Assembly: GCA_002269645.1 (NCBI GenBank)
Contig: NIVC01001353.1
Coordinates: 143,906-207,905 of the forward strand
Direction of reading: 5' to 3'
DNA: 64,000 bases
Source of the DNA: Macrostomum lignano
Taxonomy: Eukaryota
Positions within the stretch are counted from its first letter, which is position 1; each line of letters begins with the position of its first letter. The notes beneath the pieces are model-generated. The model saw only the letters and a list, made by a program, of their open reading frames with translations. It ran no database searches and was not told the DNA's origin. A program made the translations under genes and the position numbers. Below are positions 1 to 12,900 of this stretch, piece by piece.

Positions 1-1626
1 TTTTCCAACACTTAAATTAATGCTAAAAAAGTGTCTAAAAAGTGTCATATGGTTAAATTCTGCCAACATATCTTCCAACACTTAAAATTTTGCTTCTTAG
101 AGCTAGGTGATGTATATGTAGCTCGTACTTTTCATGTAAGCTTACATGTATGTTTGTTAAGTATGCACTATGCATTGTCTGAAAATGTGTTGGCAAAAGT
201 TATACAGGTAGTCCTAGTAAGTAGTATAGATGAGTTTTAATCCTTGGCTTATTTATTATTGACTTATTTTGCTAAGCTAAGAATACTTATTTGGCTAGAC
301 TTGCTATTTTTAAAACATTTCTAGCTAGAGATCTTAGATAAAAAGTAGGTCCTTACTGAATAAAAAATCTAAAAAGTATATATTGAAATACATAGTCTAT
401 TTTTATATATTTCTTAAATTGTAATCAATAATAAATAACAATAGCAATAAAAATAGTTCAGCTCCTATATTATGAATCAGTTTTTTATATTAAACATTAT
501 AGCTAATCTGCAAATGTTGCCAATTTAATATTCTACCAAAGCAAAAAATCTAGTAGATTGTATAGGCCTAAATTTCTCTGTAATACCATTAATGTCATTA
601 TTCCAATTATACAAAAATAGGCTAGCAAAGGAAATAATATATTTCCTAATATATAATATTCTTTTATCTATACTTTATTGTTTATAGTTCTAATGGAAAA
701 TCTACTAGTGGCATTTACTGATTAAAGCATATTATGACCCTGATTATAATTTGACATATCTTGGCTATATAATTTGTTCTATTTATGTTTTTATTTCTTA
801 TAATTCTATTTATATACTAGAGTATTACTATAAGTAAAGCATATGATGCTCAATTTTTGGCTATGTAAGAAATCTAGACTTGGGATTTATCCTTAATAGT
901 ATTTTACTATTTTATATATCAAATTTGCATTTAGCTCTTATAAGACTTCAATCACTTTATATTGATATCATGAATTTGGATCCTAGTTAACAAAGCTTAC
1001 AATGCCAATAGAATGCAATTATCAAAATAGAATGTTAAATAACTGATATTTTATTCTATATAGGCCTAGGCTTGTTTTTTAGTAATAAAAATATTTTTTG
1101 TTTATTTTTAAAATTAACAGATTTAAGTAAGGCAAGGGGTGGCCAAACCTTGCCTTTACTTGTAGTTGGTGATAATGGTGCCCCTTTTCCTTTGGGCTAA
1201 AAAGGGTCCCTACTCCCCTCAGTCTAATAATATAGTGCCTCTCTTGGCTATATTATGGCACCCTTACTCTTTTGATTAAAATCTACCCCTCATTTTATAT
1301 TTCTAAATCTGCCTGTTTCTAATATTATAATGTACTATTTCTTAACCATCTGTCAATGCTAGAGATGATAGTTTTGTGCCTTGATTAGATTCTTGCATAT
1401 AATTAATGCTATGGCCTAAATAGTATTGCTAAGTATAGAAATTTATATTTTAAGTGTGTTTTTACATATATTAATATTCTATGGAAACTTATAAAATTAA
1501 TCATTAATTTTCAAGCTAAACATTTAAGAAAACTGTGAATATTTAGGTTACTGTTAGTAGGAAAGTAAGATTTTTTTATTATTAAAATAAATTAGCCAAT
1601 GCCTTGCTTACCCCACCTTCAGCATC

Positions 1627-1917
1627 ATGGCAACCTTGCTGGAGACGATGATTAAACAGCAGGTATCAGTGATCACGGCTGATGGCCGTGTCATCATTGG
1701 CATCCTCCGTGGCTTTGACAATGCCATCAACTTGATCCTGGAGGACTCAGTCGAGAGAGTGTTCTCAGCTAACAGTCCCGTGGAGGCTGTTCCCCTCGGC
1801 CTGTATGTCATCCGTGGCGACAATGTGAGTCTGGTTGGGGAGCTCGATCCCGAGGTTGAGAGGCGCATGGACTTGAGCCGGCTGCAGGCCGATCCGTTGC
1901 GGCCTGTGGTCACGTGA
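1627..1917 (+). CDS. LSM8: U6 snRNA-associated Sm-like protein LSm8 (96 aa, intronless CDS)
   Basis: Sm1/Sm2 motifs (VSVITADGRVIIGILRGFDNAINLIL; LGLYVIRGDNVSLVGE). Length and C-terminal DL..L.A.PL..V match LSm8. A splice-acceptor-like CCTTCAG lies 4 nt before the ATG. Confidence 0.93.
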   Translation: MATLLETMIKQQVSVITADGRVIIGILRGFDNAINLILEDSVERVFSANSPVEAVPLGLYVIRGDNVSLVGELDPEVERRMDLSRLQADPLRPVVT

Positions 1918-2328
1918 TTAGCCGGCGCATTGCCTGCCAGCTGATGGAAGCCGCTAATACTGACTTGTTTAACTTTTTTTCCCAACCAATTGATTGTATG
2001 GGTAGCATTGCCAGGGGCTGTACCCGACTAATATAACACGCTTATAGGCTATACACTTGTCTAGATGGGTCGCTCAACATTCAGACAGACAGACACGCAG
2101 ACAGGCAGACAGATAGCTGAAAATGCCCTATGATTCCAAAGCTGGCACCCCATACATCATGAATGATAACTTTGCCACAGCTTAATGCAGGTTCGGCCGC
2201 AGATATTTTGCTAACAAATTTTGACTCCCAATGTGCAAAACCCGCTACTAACTGGCACCACGGTGTCAGTCATATTAATTCCCAATTATGTTAATATTAC
2301 GTGCTTGTTAGCAGACATCGTCAATCCG

Positions 2329-2361
<33 letters not shown>

Positions 2362-3201
2362 TGTTTTGCCTTGCCTCGCTTTGATTGAGGAATGTTTCTA
2401 GGGATTAATCAGCTGGTTTTTCTGTTAGAAACCCCCCTGTCCATCCATAGTTATGCGTATATAAAAAATTGTTGCATTTTTTTAAACAAAACTGAGCGAT
2501 AGTGCTTAGAATAAAATACAAATTGAAAAAATCAAAGCAAACTGCTTTAATTGTGTAAATTGAATTTCTTAAATAATTCAAATTATAATAGTTTTTGTTA
2601 TTTGTGCTTGTCTTTATTGTCGAAGCTGCTGTTGTGCGGTGACAGTGAAAGCGGTGCGATTCTACAACTATTTATATTTTAGTAATAACGCTTATCATTG
2701 TGAGGTGCATGCCAGTCTGTCTGTTGTGTCTGTAAGCGAAGAGGTGAATGGTTTGGTTCGCTAGTAGGAATAGCAGATCATTGGGTTTCGCGTCCTTCAT
2801 CGCAGAGATCGAGCAACGCGCAGCACTTTGAAGTCTGGATGTCGCGTCTGTGTTCGGGCGCAGCAGCATAAAATATGGATGGAGAGAATTGAATCGATGG
2901 GAAAAATCGTCCATCAATTAGTGCTGATGTTTCGGTGCTCAAAGTGCTATCAAAAATTCATAATCATAAACATAGTCGTTTAGCGCTACTGTGCGCCGGT
3001 GTCCTCAAGTAGAGCATGCAGGGCATTGAAGGACAATAATAAACGAGGGCAAAGAATACATAGAATTGCAAGTTCGACAAGTTACTGCAGTACAACAGTT
3101 GTCCTATATAGATTCGGTTGCATGCACATGAATACGAGTCATTTTTTGTGACTTTATGGACGAATATTCGAAGCAGTGGGACATCAGCTCGTTCTCATAA
3201 T

Positions 3202-3418
3202 TACGAGGGGCGTCCGGAAAGTAGTGTTACTTTTGCTTGGTGTGGACGTATGGACAGTCACACTTGCATGTGCTTGGTGTCATTTGAAATCTCTTGCAAT
3301 TGGTGTCATTTTAAAGAAGAGACTTGCCGCTTTCAAATGACACCAAGCACATGCAAGTGCGACTGTCCATACGTCCACACCAAGCAAAAGCAACACTACT
3401 TTCCGGACGCCCCTCGTA
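3202..3418. mobile_element. Tc1/Mariner-type MITE with 88-bp terminal inverted repeats
   Basis: 3202-3289 is the reverse complement of 3331-3418 with 2 mismatches. Ends are TA-CGAGGGG...CCCCTCG-TA (TA target duplication, mariner-like TIR end) around a 41-bp spacer. Confidence 0.88.
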
Positions 3419-3986
3419 TGAGGGTTTCGAGACGGGTTTTTTGTCTTTTATAAAACTGCCGATAATGATATACAGCGTAAGCAAAGTTTAAGCATGGTGC
3501 CAGCAAACTGAATGACCCTCTCTCCTTAGGGACATCAGCATCGAAATGTGCATGTGCAGATGCCGGACACGCACTTGACCGGCTAATGTAATTACAGTCT
3601 TGCAACTATTAATTCACGTATGCATGTCAAATATAGCATTTTTTGCCTAAAAGATCGCACAAGCAGCGAGGGGGTGCTATTATAAATTCACATCGTCGAA
3701 AACTTCATCATGCATAGGTTTGTAGAGTTGAGAAGCATTTGCTCACTGCGGGTGCAAACCATAAATCAAACACCCTTAAGCCTATGGTTCAGTTTGCCGC
3801 TTCGGCTGCTGCTGGGCGTCAGGAGGTGCCGCAATGTCACGGGCCGCCCCAGAAGTCCATCGTGGCGCCCTAATTATTACTCGGAGAAACATGAACGCCC
3901 TGTAATTACAATCTGGCATTCAAAGTTCCGCTTGTCATAGTACAGAGAAAAAGTGAGCAATGTGCTCTCGGTCAGTCCGCTGCTTC

Positions 3987-6900
3987 TCAGTAGTCGCGGG
4001 ATTCCCGCCTGCCATCGCCGCGAATTGGCAGCAGCGGAATTGCCTTTTCAGAAGCAGCTGCCGCCGCGCCGCCACCGCCCACGCTCGTCAGCAAAGCCGT
4101 CGAGTTTCGGCCGGCCCGACCGGCGCGGCACCCGGCGCCAGATCGGTACTGGGTTCCGGCGCCAGTTGTACCGCCCTCATTGACGGCCCGCCTGCCGCAG
4201 GTGATCACCTGGAGGAAGTGAGCCCGGAAGCGCTTGCTGATGATGCACAGAGTCACCGGGTTGCTGGCCGAATAGGCGGATGGCAGCAGCTGCGGGCGGT
4301 TGAAGAGTCGGAGCTTCGTCAAGCATTTGCTGATGCTCTATTCAACAAATTTTTAATGCCTCTCCGCATCTTGAACTGATGTCCCCGCCTAAGCGAGTAT
4401 ACGTCTCTCTGGAAGTACATGTAGATACCTGCCATCCTGAAGCGGACACCTCTGTCTTGAAGCAGACATTAGCTCTAAAGTGAATACCTGTCTTGGAGTG
4501 GACAACTCTGTCCTAAAGTAGACATCTGTATTGAAATGGACATGTGTCTTAAAGTGGACAACTGTGTCTTGAAGTGGACATTCAGCTCTAAAGTGGACAC
4601 CTGTCTTGAAGTGGACACCTGTCTTAAGGTGGACACCTGTCTTAAAGTGGCCAACTCTGTCTTGAAGTGGCCAACTCTGTCTTGAAGTGGACAGCTGACT
4701 TGAAGTGGACACCTGTCTTGAAGTGGACATCTGTCTTGAAGTGGACATCTATCTTGAAGTGGCCAACTCTGTCTTGAAGTGGCCAACTCTGTCTTGAAGT
4801 GGCCAACTCTGTCTTGAAGTGGCCAACTCTGTCTTGAAGTGGCCAACTCTGTCTTGAAGTGGCCAACTCTGTCTTGAAGTGGACATCTGTCTTGAAGTGG
4901 ACATCTGTCTTGAAGTGGACATCTGTCTTGAAGTGGACATCTGTCTTGAAGTGGACATCTGTCTTGAAGTGGCCAACTCTGTCTTGAAGTGGCCAACTCT
5001 GTCTTGAAGTGGACAGCTGACTTGAAATGGACAGCTGTCTTGAAGTGGACACCTATCTTAAGGTGGACATCTGTCTTGAAGTGGCCAACTCTGTCTTGAA
5101 GTGGACAGCTGACTTGAAATGGACAGCTGTCTTGAAGTGGACACCTATCTTAAGGTGGACACCTGTCTTGAAGTGGACAACTCTGTCCTAAAGCGGACAT
5201 CTGTCTTGAAATGGACATGTGTCTTGAAGTGGACATTCAGCTCTAAAGTGGACATCTGTCTTGAAGTGGACACCTGACTTGAAATGGACACCTGTCTTAA
5301 GGTGAACACCTGTCTTGAAGTGGACACCTGACTTGAAATGGACACCTGTCTTGAAGTGGACACCTGTCTTGAAGTGGACACCTGTCTTGAAGTGGACACC
5401 TGTCTTAAGGTGGACACCTGTCTTGAAGTGGACACCTGTCTAGAAGTGGACATGGACACCAGTCATAAAATGGACAACTCTTCAAATTCAATTTTGAAAC
5501 GGACATTCAACTTTGCAATTCGATGCCTCGCGATTGCAAGTTGGTGCCCCACCAGTTAACTCAAAGTGCCAGCGCCACTCACCTTCGCAATCATCTTGAA
5601 TCGCAGGAACGAGCCGCTAACCTGCTTAGCCATGAAAAAGTACAGCGTGATAGCGTGATCCGGTCCCCAGGCGATGAAGAACACGAGGGCCAGGCACAGC
5701 ACCAGCTTGGCCAGCTTCCGGCGACCCTCGGCCTGGCCGGCCGTTGAGCTGTTGGCCTGGCCGTGCTGCCTGGCCGAGCGGAGCAGCCGGCCGGCCATGA
5801 GGCCGTAGAAGAGCACAGTGAGCAGGCCGGGCACGGCATAGTAGGCCAGCAGCTTGAGGATGCGCATGGCACGGCTGTAGCCCGAGCCCCACTCCCTGGG
5901 GAACGGGAAGCAGCTGCGCACGGCCAGGCAGTTGCCATGCGGAAGCTGGTGCAGGTTGGTCTCGATGTGCGAGCCGACAGCGTAGGGCACGGCGAGGGCA
6001 GCTGCGGGCGGTGGCAGGTATTTGCACCTATGCTAAATCCTGGGATCCTGGATGGCAGGTATTTGCACCTATGCTAAATCCTGGGATCCTGGATGGCAGG
6101 TATTTGCACCTATGCTAAATCCTGGGATCCTGGGTGGCAGGTATTTGCACCTATGCTAAATCCTGGGATCCTGGGTGGCAGGTATTTGCACCTATGCTAA
6201 ATCCTGGGATCCTGGAACAGAATCCCCCGATGCAAACGCGCATGACACAGAGAGATAAGCAGAATCAACAAAGTACCTGGATTAAACAACGAATGCATTT
6301 GGATTTTTTGCCTCATTAGGGAATAGCTGGGTAGGTATTTGCGCTTTCTTTAATTGCCTGAGGTTCAGTTGGTGCTCATAAAATTTTATTATTTTTCAAA
6401 ACAACCTCAAAAAGCGAATTTTTTCATTAATTAATGAGCAAGGATTGCGTTGATTTCATTGAGACCTAAATTTTATTGAAAATCTTTGTTCAGTTGCTCT
6501 GCTCCAAAACATAACAAACATTTTCTTTTGTACCCTGCAAAGCTGGTGTTTTGTACACTGCAAAGCTGGTGTTTTGTACACTGCAAAGCCAGTGTTTTGT
6601 ACACTGCAAAGCCAGTGTTTTGTACACTGCAAAGCCAGTGTTTTGTACACTGCAAAGCTAGTGTTTTGTACCCTGCAAAGCTAGTGTTTTGTACACTGCA
6701 AAGCTAGTGTTTTGTACACTGCAAAGCTAGTGTTTTGTACACTGCAAAGCTAGTGTTTTGTACACTGCAAAGAATAAATTTCCTATAGATCAACTATCAA
6801 ATACTTTCAAATACTTTTAAATTCACAATTTTATAGCTCAACAGTCCTATTTTATCGATCCAAGGATCCTTGGGAGTCATCGTTGTGGATTTAGCAGTCC

Positions 6901-9900
6901 TTGGAGCCATGGGAGAGCAGCCACTGGCCATGGCTCGGGGCTGTTTAAACGCCTTTTGTGTCCATCTTCTGGCCTCACAAGGGTATCAGCATTCCAGTCA
7001 AAATTTTCCGGTTTTGGATCTGCGCCCTCTCGCAACGTCAGTCCAAGTCAGATTCATCAAACCCTCGAGATCGGGTTTCACAAATCGACAAAAAAGAATT
7101 TTAGTAACGAAGTAGGGAAAATGCGATGGCTACTGTAAAAGACAGATGCCTCATCGATCAGAGCTCGAGTAATCCGATCCGGCTGATCGAACCACGCAGC
7201 CCAGTGCAGAGCAGCTGTATCGATCCAGAATCCCAGCGGCCCAGTGAAAAATTCCTAAGATCAACGATTCACTGCCTTGGTGTGAACAGCGTTTTTGTAA
7301 ACAAGGCGTGAATGAAGCACATTGAATTCACATGGCTGACAGTCACATGTCTGACAGTCACATGTCTGACAGTCACATGTCTGACAGTCACATGGCTGGC
7401 AGTCACATGTCTGGCAGTCACATGTCTGACAGTCACATGTCTGACAGTCACATGGCTGGCAGTCACATGTCTGGCAGTCACATGTCTGACAGTCACATGT
7501 CTGACAGTCACATGGCTGGCAGTCACATGTCTGGCAGTCACATGTCTGACAGTCACATGGCTGGCAGTCACATGTCTGGCAGTCACATGTCTGACAGTCA
7601 CATGTCTGGCAGTCACATGTCTGACAGTCACATGTCTGGCAGTCACATGTCTGACAGTCACATGTCTGGCAGTCACATGTCTGGCAGTCACATGTCTGAC
7701 AGTCACATGGCTGGCAGTCACATGTCTGGCAGTCACATGGCTGGCAGTCACATGTCTGGCAGTCACATGTCTTTCTGACAAGCCACAGGGCAACTCGCTC
7801 TGTTCACATTCACAACAGAATCGGTGAATATGTTGACGAGAGCTTGAATGCTGCTGCAAGTTGAAGTTTGCTGTAAAAAAATCCCCCAGACAACTTTGCG
7901 TGGAATTTCTCGCGCTCAGCAACATAAATTTTCAGGCGCGCTGCATTGGAAATTGTTTGCGAAATTCAATGCACTGCTAACTGGCGCTTTTCACGGCTTC
8001 TCGATCGCGTCAGCTGCTAGGAAAATTGATGAAGTGCGAAGCTGCGCGCCGGCAGGAGACACGTGAAGTGCCAGGTAGGCGGCTGGATATTTAGGAACAT
8101 GGCTTTTTACTGCAACTCTAACTGGGGTTTTGTGACGCGTCGGGCAGACTTCTGTACGCATTGTGGGGAGTCATGGCAACTGCAAGGATGCTGAAACATT
8201 TGCACTTTTCAATTTTGTGTCGACAGGCGCTCGCTTTTAAGGCTTGATTCTCCTAATGATTCTACGGGGGCGATTCTCATATGAGATTCTCGTAATGATT
8301 CTAAGGAGGGGGCGATTCTCATGAGATTCTCCTAATGATTCTATGTTGCTGCGGGCTGGCTTCTGCCCGAGCAGATTGAACTTTAATTTGTAATTGCCAT
8401 AGACAAGTTTATTTGCCTGTACTGCGATTAGTTGGCGCAAGTGTCAAAGAGCCTTCGTGACAAAAAATAGAAATACATAAGTATTCAAGAAGACTCTGAT
8501 AAGAGCAACGGCTGCAAGAGCCGAGAGTGCACGGCACACAACTTGCGTAAATATAACGCAATACAAAAGACAGACTTGTAACAGTGGCGTCGCAAGCAGG
8601 ATGAAGAGCGGTGTGAAACAACCGTCGGCTACTGACAAGTCTCCTGCTTTGCCGCTCAAACACGCCAAAATGGTGGTGATGGCGGATGCTGAAGCACAAA
8701 GTCAGCCAATAAAAGGCTCGGATGGACCAGCGCGTGCGGTAGCTGGAGCTATGGAAATCGAGCGCCTGGAGTTAGGAAACAACTACTCCCGGTGGCTGGA
8801 CAGATTTACAATCGTCGCGAAGTTCTACAGATGGGACTCGACGGCGAAGGCTCAGATGCTTCTGATGCGTCTCTCGACAGCATTGTACGACACGCTCGCA
8901 GATCAAGCTTCTCCGAAGAAACCAAGTGAGTTGTCTTACTCGGAGATAGAAACAGCTCTGACAAGCATCCTGGTCCCAGCTACGTTTGTTCTGGCGGAAA
9001 GATACTCTTTCCAGCTGTGCTCTCGAAAGTCAGGGGAAAGCGTTCGCACATATGCGGAGCGAGTCCTCAAGGCTGCGGAGAAGTGCGAATTTATAAACAA
9101 GGACGAGCGTCTGAGAGACCAATTTATTTGCGGACTGGCTGACCAAAACGTCATCGGCAAGCTGCTGGTCAAGGACCATCTGAGGCTCAGCTTCAAGGAG
9201 GCAGTTGCTGAGGCTGAAGCACATTCAGCATTAGTCTCAACGGACATCATGAAGAGTGCCCCGAAATCTGAAAATTCTGGGATAATGAGCATTGGAATGT
9301 TAAAATCGTCATCAAAACCGCGGATCAAGGGAGTGAATCGACAACAGTCACAGACTCAAAGCTCATCAAAATGCTCGCGCTGTGGAACAAGCCACGGAAA
9401 AGACGCGTGTCCAGCTTATGGAAAGACATGTCGTAAGTGTGGGAAGCAGAACCATTTTCAGAAAATGTGCCGCTCAAAGTTTGTTGTCCCGAACCAGAAA
9501 AACACAGCTGCAGTTCAGCACTTAGACGAGCACTCGCAGTCAGATCATGTCTTCATGGTTGGTGCAACTTCAAGGCAACCTTTGTCTACGGATGCAGTCG
9601 CAGTGACCCTTGACTTCATATCATCAAGTGATAAGGTATCAATTCCGTGCCAGTTGGATACTGGGGCAGCAGTTTCAGTTATGTCTGACCGGGTCTGGAA
9701 GCAAATCGGCACCCCTGAACTGCAGCCTAGCAGCATCACTTTGACAGGATATACCGACGCGCATCAATTCAAAATGTTGGGCCATTTCATCAGCAAAGTG
9801 AGTTACCAAGGAAAAGTGCACCGAATACCATTCAAAGTGGTTCGTTCTGATCGATCGTTTGCTCTACTCGGCAGGGACATTTTGACCATAGAAATAGATT

Positions 9901-12900
9901 TCAGCAAGGCTGATGGAAGCGAAGCGACTAGAGTATTCAGAGCGAGACTAGAATTGATTCCGGATGCTCAGCCAAAGTACATCAAGGCACGGTCGATCCC
10001 TTTTGCCTATAAAGATCGACTGAAAGATGAGATTGACAAGTTGCTAGCTGAGGGAATCATTGAGCCAGTGACTTTTTCTCAATGGGCCTCACCAATTGTC
10101 ATCGTTCCTAAGGCTGATGGTAGGCTGAGACTCTGTGTGGACTACAAGCAAACATTGAATCCACAGCTCATGAAGGACAGTCATCCAACACCGACCCCGG
10201 AAGAAGCTTTCAGTACAGTAGCAGGATGCCGAATGTACACCATCTTGGACTTAAAAGCAGCGTACAACCAGGTGGAATTGGAGGAGGACTCAAAGCCTCT
10301 CACGGTCATGTCTACACCTTTCGGCAACTACCAGTACAACCGTCTGGTGTTTGGGATACGGACTGCTCCGAGTATTTTCCAGCGCTACATCAGTCAGGTC
10401 ATACAGGATGTTGATGGTGCAATTGCCTACGTCGATGACATTTTAATTGGTGGTGAGTCAGAGAAGCAGCTTAAGGATCGTGAGAGTCAAGTGCGAGAGC
10501 GTCTGGAACAACATGGCCTCAAGGTCAACGAAGAGAAATGCCAGATTTGTCAGTCTCGGGTTCGCTTTCTCGGGTTTATCCTGGACAATGGCATGATCCT
10601 GCCCGACCCGGAGAAAGTGAGAGCCCTGCAAGAAATGGAGACTCCCAAGACGATGGCAGAACTAGAATCGCTCATCGGACTCGTCAGGTTCAGTGGCCGG
10701 TTTGTGCCCAATCTGTCGCACTACCTGGAGCCGTTGACTCGATTAATGCGCGGCAGAAGAGAATTCCAATGGGATTCTGAGCAAGATGAAGCTTTTCAGC
10801 GTATCAAGTCCATGCTGACAGAAGATTCAGCTCTGGCTAAGTACGACCCCAAGAAACCTGTGGCTCTGGAGTGTGATGCTTCCCAAAAAGGACTGGGCGG
10901 AGTTCTGATTCAAGACAGCAGACCGGTTTTGTACATCAGCAAGAGGTTATCAGAAGCCGAGAAGAAGTATTCTCAGATCGAAAGGGAGGCCCTTGCAATT
11001 GTCTTGTCAACTCAGAGGTGTCAGCGGTTCTTAGCGGGACGTCATTTCAAGCTGATCACGGATCACAGACCATTAACCTACATCTTTGGGCCGAACGAGG
11101 GCTTGCCTACGCGCGTATCAGCACGCCTTCAAAGATGGGCCATATCGCTAATGGCTTTTGACTACACCATCGAGTATCAACGGTCGCAGCTTATGAAATC
11201 AGACGCTCTGTCCCGGTTGCTTAACAACGAGACGGCTCGGACGTATACAATCGGGAGCATCCAACTACCCTCAACGATCATATCCATTCAAGAGGTTAGA
11301 GACCAATCACAGGATTGCCCAGAGATCGTTCTGTTAAAAAAAGCCATCCGGACGAGCAACTTTAACGACCCGAGAATCCGCCCCTACAAGGCAGTCGCGG
11401 ACGAACTGACGATCGAGTCGGACGTGGTACTCCGGGAGATGCGAGTCATTCTTCCAAAGACGTTGCGGTTATCGGCAGTCCAAACGGCACACAGCACACA
11501 TCTAGGCATTGACCGAACCAAGTCACTGTTAAGAGCACAATTTTGGTGGCCCGGCTTGGATCGAGATGTAAAACAACTCATCGGAAATTGCAAGACGTGC
11601 AAAATGGTCAAGGCTAGCAATCGAAACTACCTAAAATCTTGGCCGACAGCAATGGACGCTGGAGAGCGCGTACATGCGGATTTTGCGGGTCCAATAGATG
11701 GCCAATATTTGTTGGTGCTGGTGGACGCCATGTCGAACTACCCTGAGGTGCATCTGACCGCCAACATGGAGTCATCTACAGTCATCTCTAGGCTACGGAG
11801 AACTTTTTCGCAGTGGGGTGTGCCAAGGACACTTGTCACCGACAACGGCCCAAGCTTCGTCTCAGCTGAAACAACACAGTGGCTGAAAGCAATCGGGTGC
11901 AGCCATGTGACCACACCTCCATATCACCCTCAGAGCAACGGACTCGCTGAGAGATTTGTCCGCACAATGAAAGAATCTGTGTCAGCGTTGGGTCTGAGTC
12001 AACACAACATTGACAAGTTCCTACTGTTCTACCGATCATCCAAAGGAAACGATGGTCGCACACCGTCGGAGAAGTTTCTAGGTCGAAACATCCGGACTCC
12101 TTTGATGACAGAGTTTTCTGGAGATAACAATGTGGTGTACAGGACACAAGGAGCTACGTCACTAGCCAGAATCGTCCTGCCTACAGGCCGCAACACGGCA
12201 ATCATCAAGCTTGAGAACGGCTTGTACAAGAAGGCTCACAGAGACCAGATACAGAGCTTCAAGGGCAGCGATGACAAGGACGTTGGCCCGGAACAAGCTA
12301 CCACTGGTGCTGCTGGTGAGGTCGATCACCCTCCAGCTATGCGCCCTGGAGAAGAGGAGCGGGAGCAGCAGCAGCAGCAACCCAGAAGAAGTGAAAGACT
12401 GATGAACAGACCGACTGTGAATTATAAGGAGTGAACTGTAATTTTGAAGCAGGGAGGTGCTGCGGGCTGGCTTCTGCCCGAGCAGATTGAACTTTAATTT
12501 GTAATTGCCATAGACAAGTTTATTTGCCTGTACTGCGATTAGTTAGCGCAAGTGTCAAAGAGCCTTCGTGACAAAAAAATAGAAATACATAAGTATTCAA
12601 GAAGACTCTGATAAGAGCAACGGCTGCAAGAGCCGAGAGTGCACGGCACAAAACTTGCGTAAATATAACGCAATACAAAAGACAGACTTGTAACATATGT
12701 GGGAGCGATTCTCATATGAGATTCTCGTAATGATTCTAAGGAGGGGGCAATTCTCATATGAGATTCTCCTAGTGATTCTACGGGGGGTCGATTCTCATAT
12801 GAGATTCTCCTAGTGATTCTACGGAGGGATGATTCTCATATGAGATTCTCCTGATGACTTTACGGCGGGCGATTCTCATATGAGATTCTCCTGATGACTC

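Larger units (their letters stand above)
8347..12695 (+). mobile_element. Full-length Ty3/Gypsy LTR retrotransposon (Mag-like), young and apparently intact
   Basis: LTRs at 8347-8583 and 12458-12695 (TG...CA; 2 substitutions + 1 indel). 5-bp TSD TATGT at 8342-8346 and 12696-12700. PBS 8585-8602, PPT 12446-12457, single gag-pol ORF. Confidence 0.97.

Noticed and set aside
1608-1985. 125-aa antisense ORF over LSM8
   Set aside because: Shadow of the real + strand gene.
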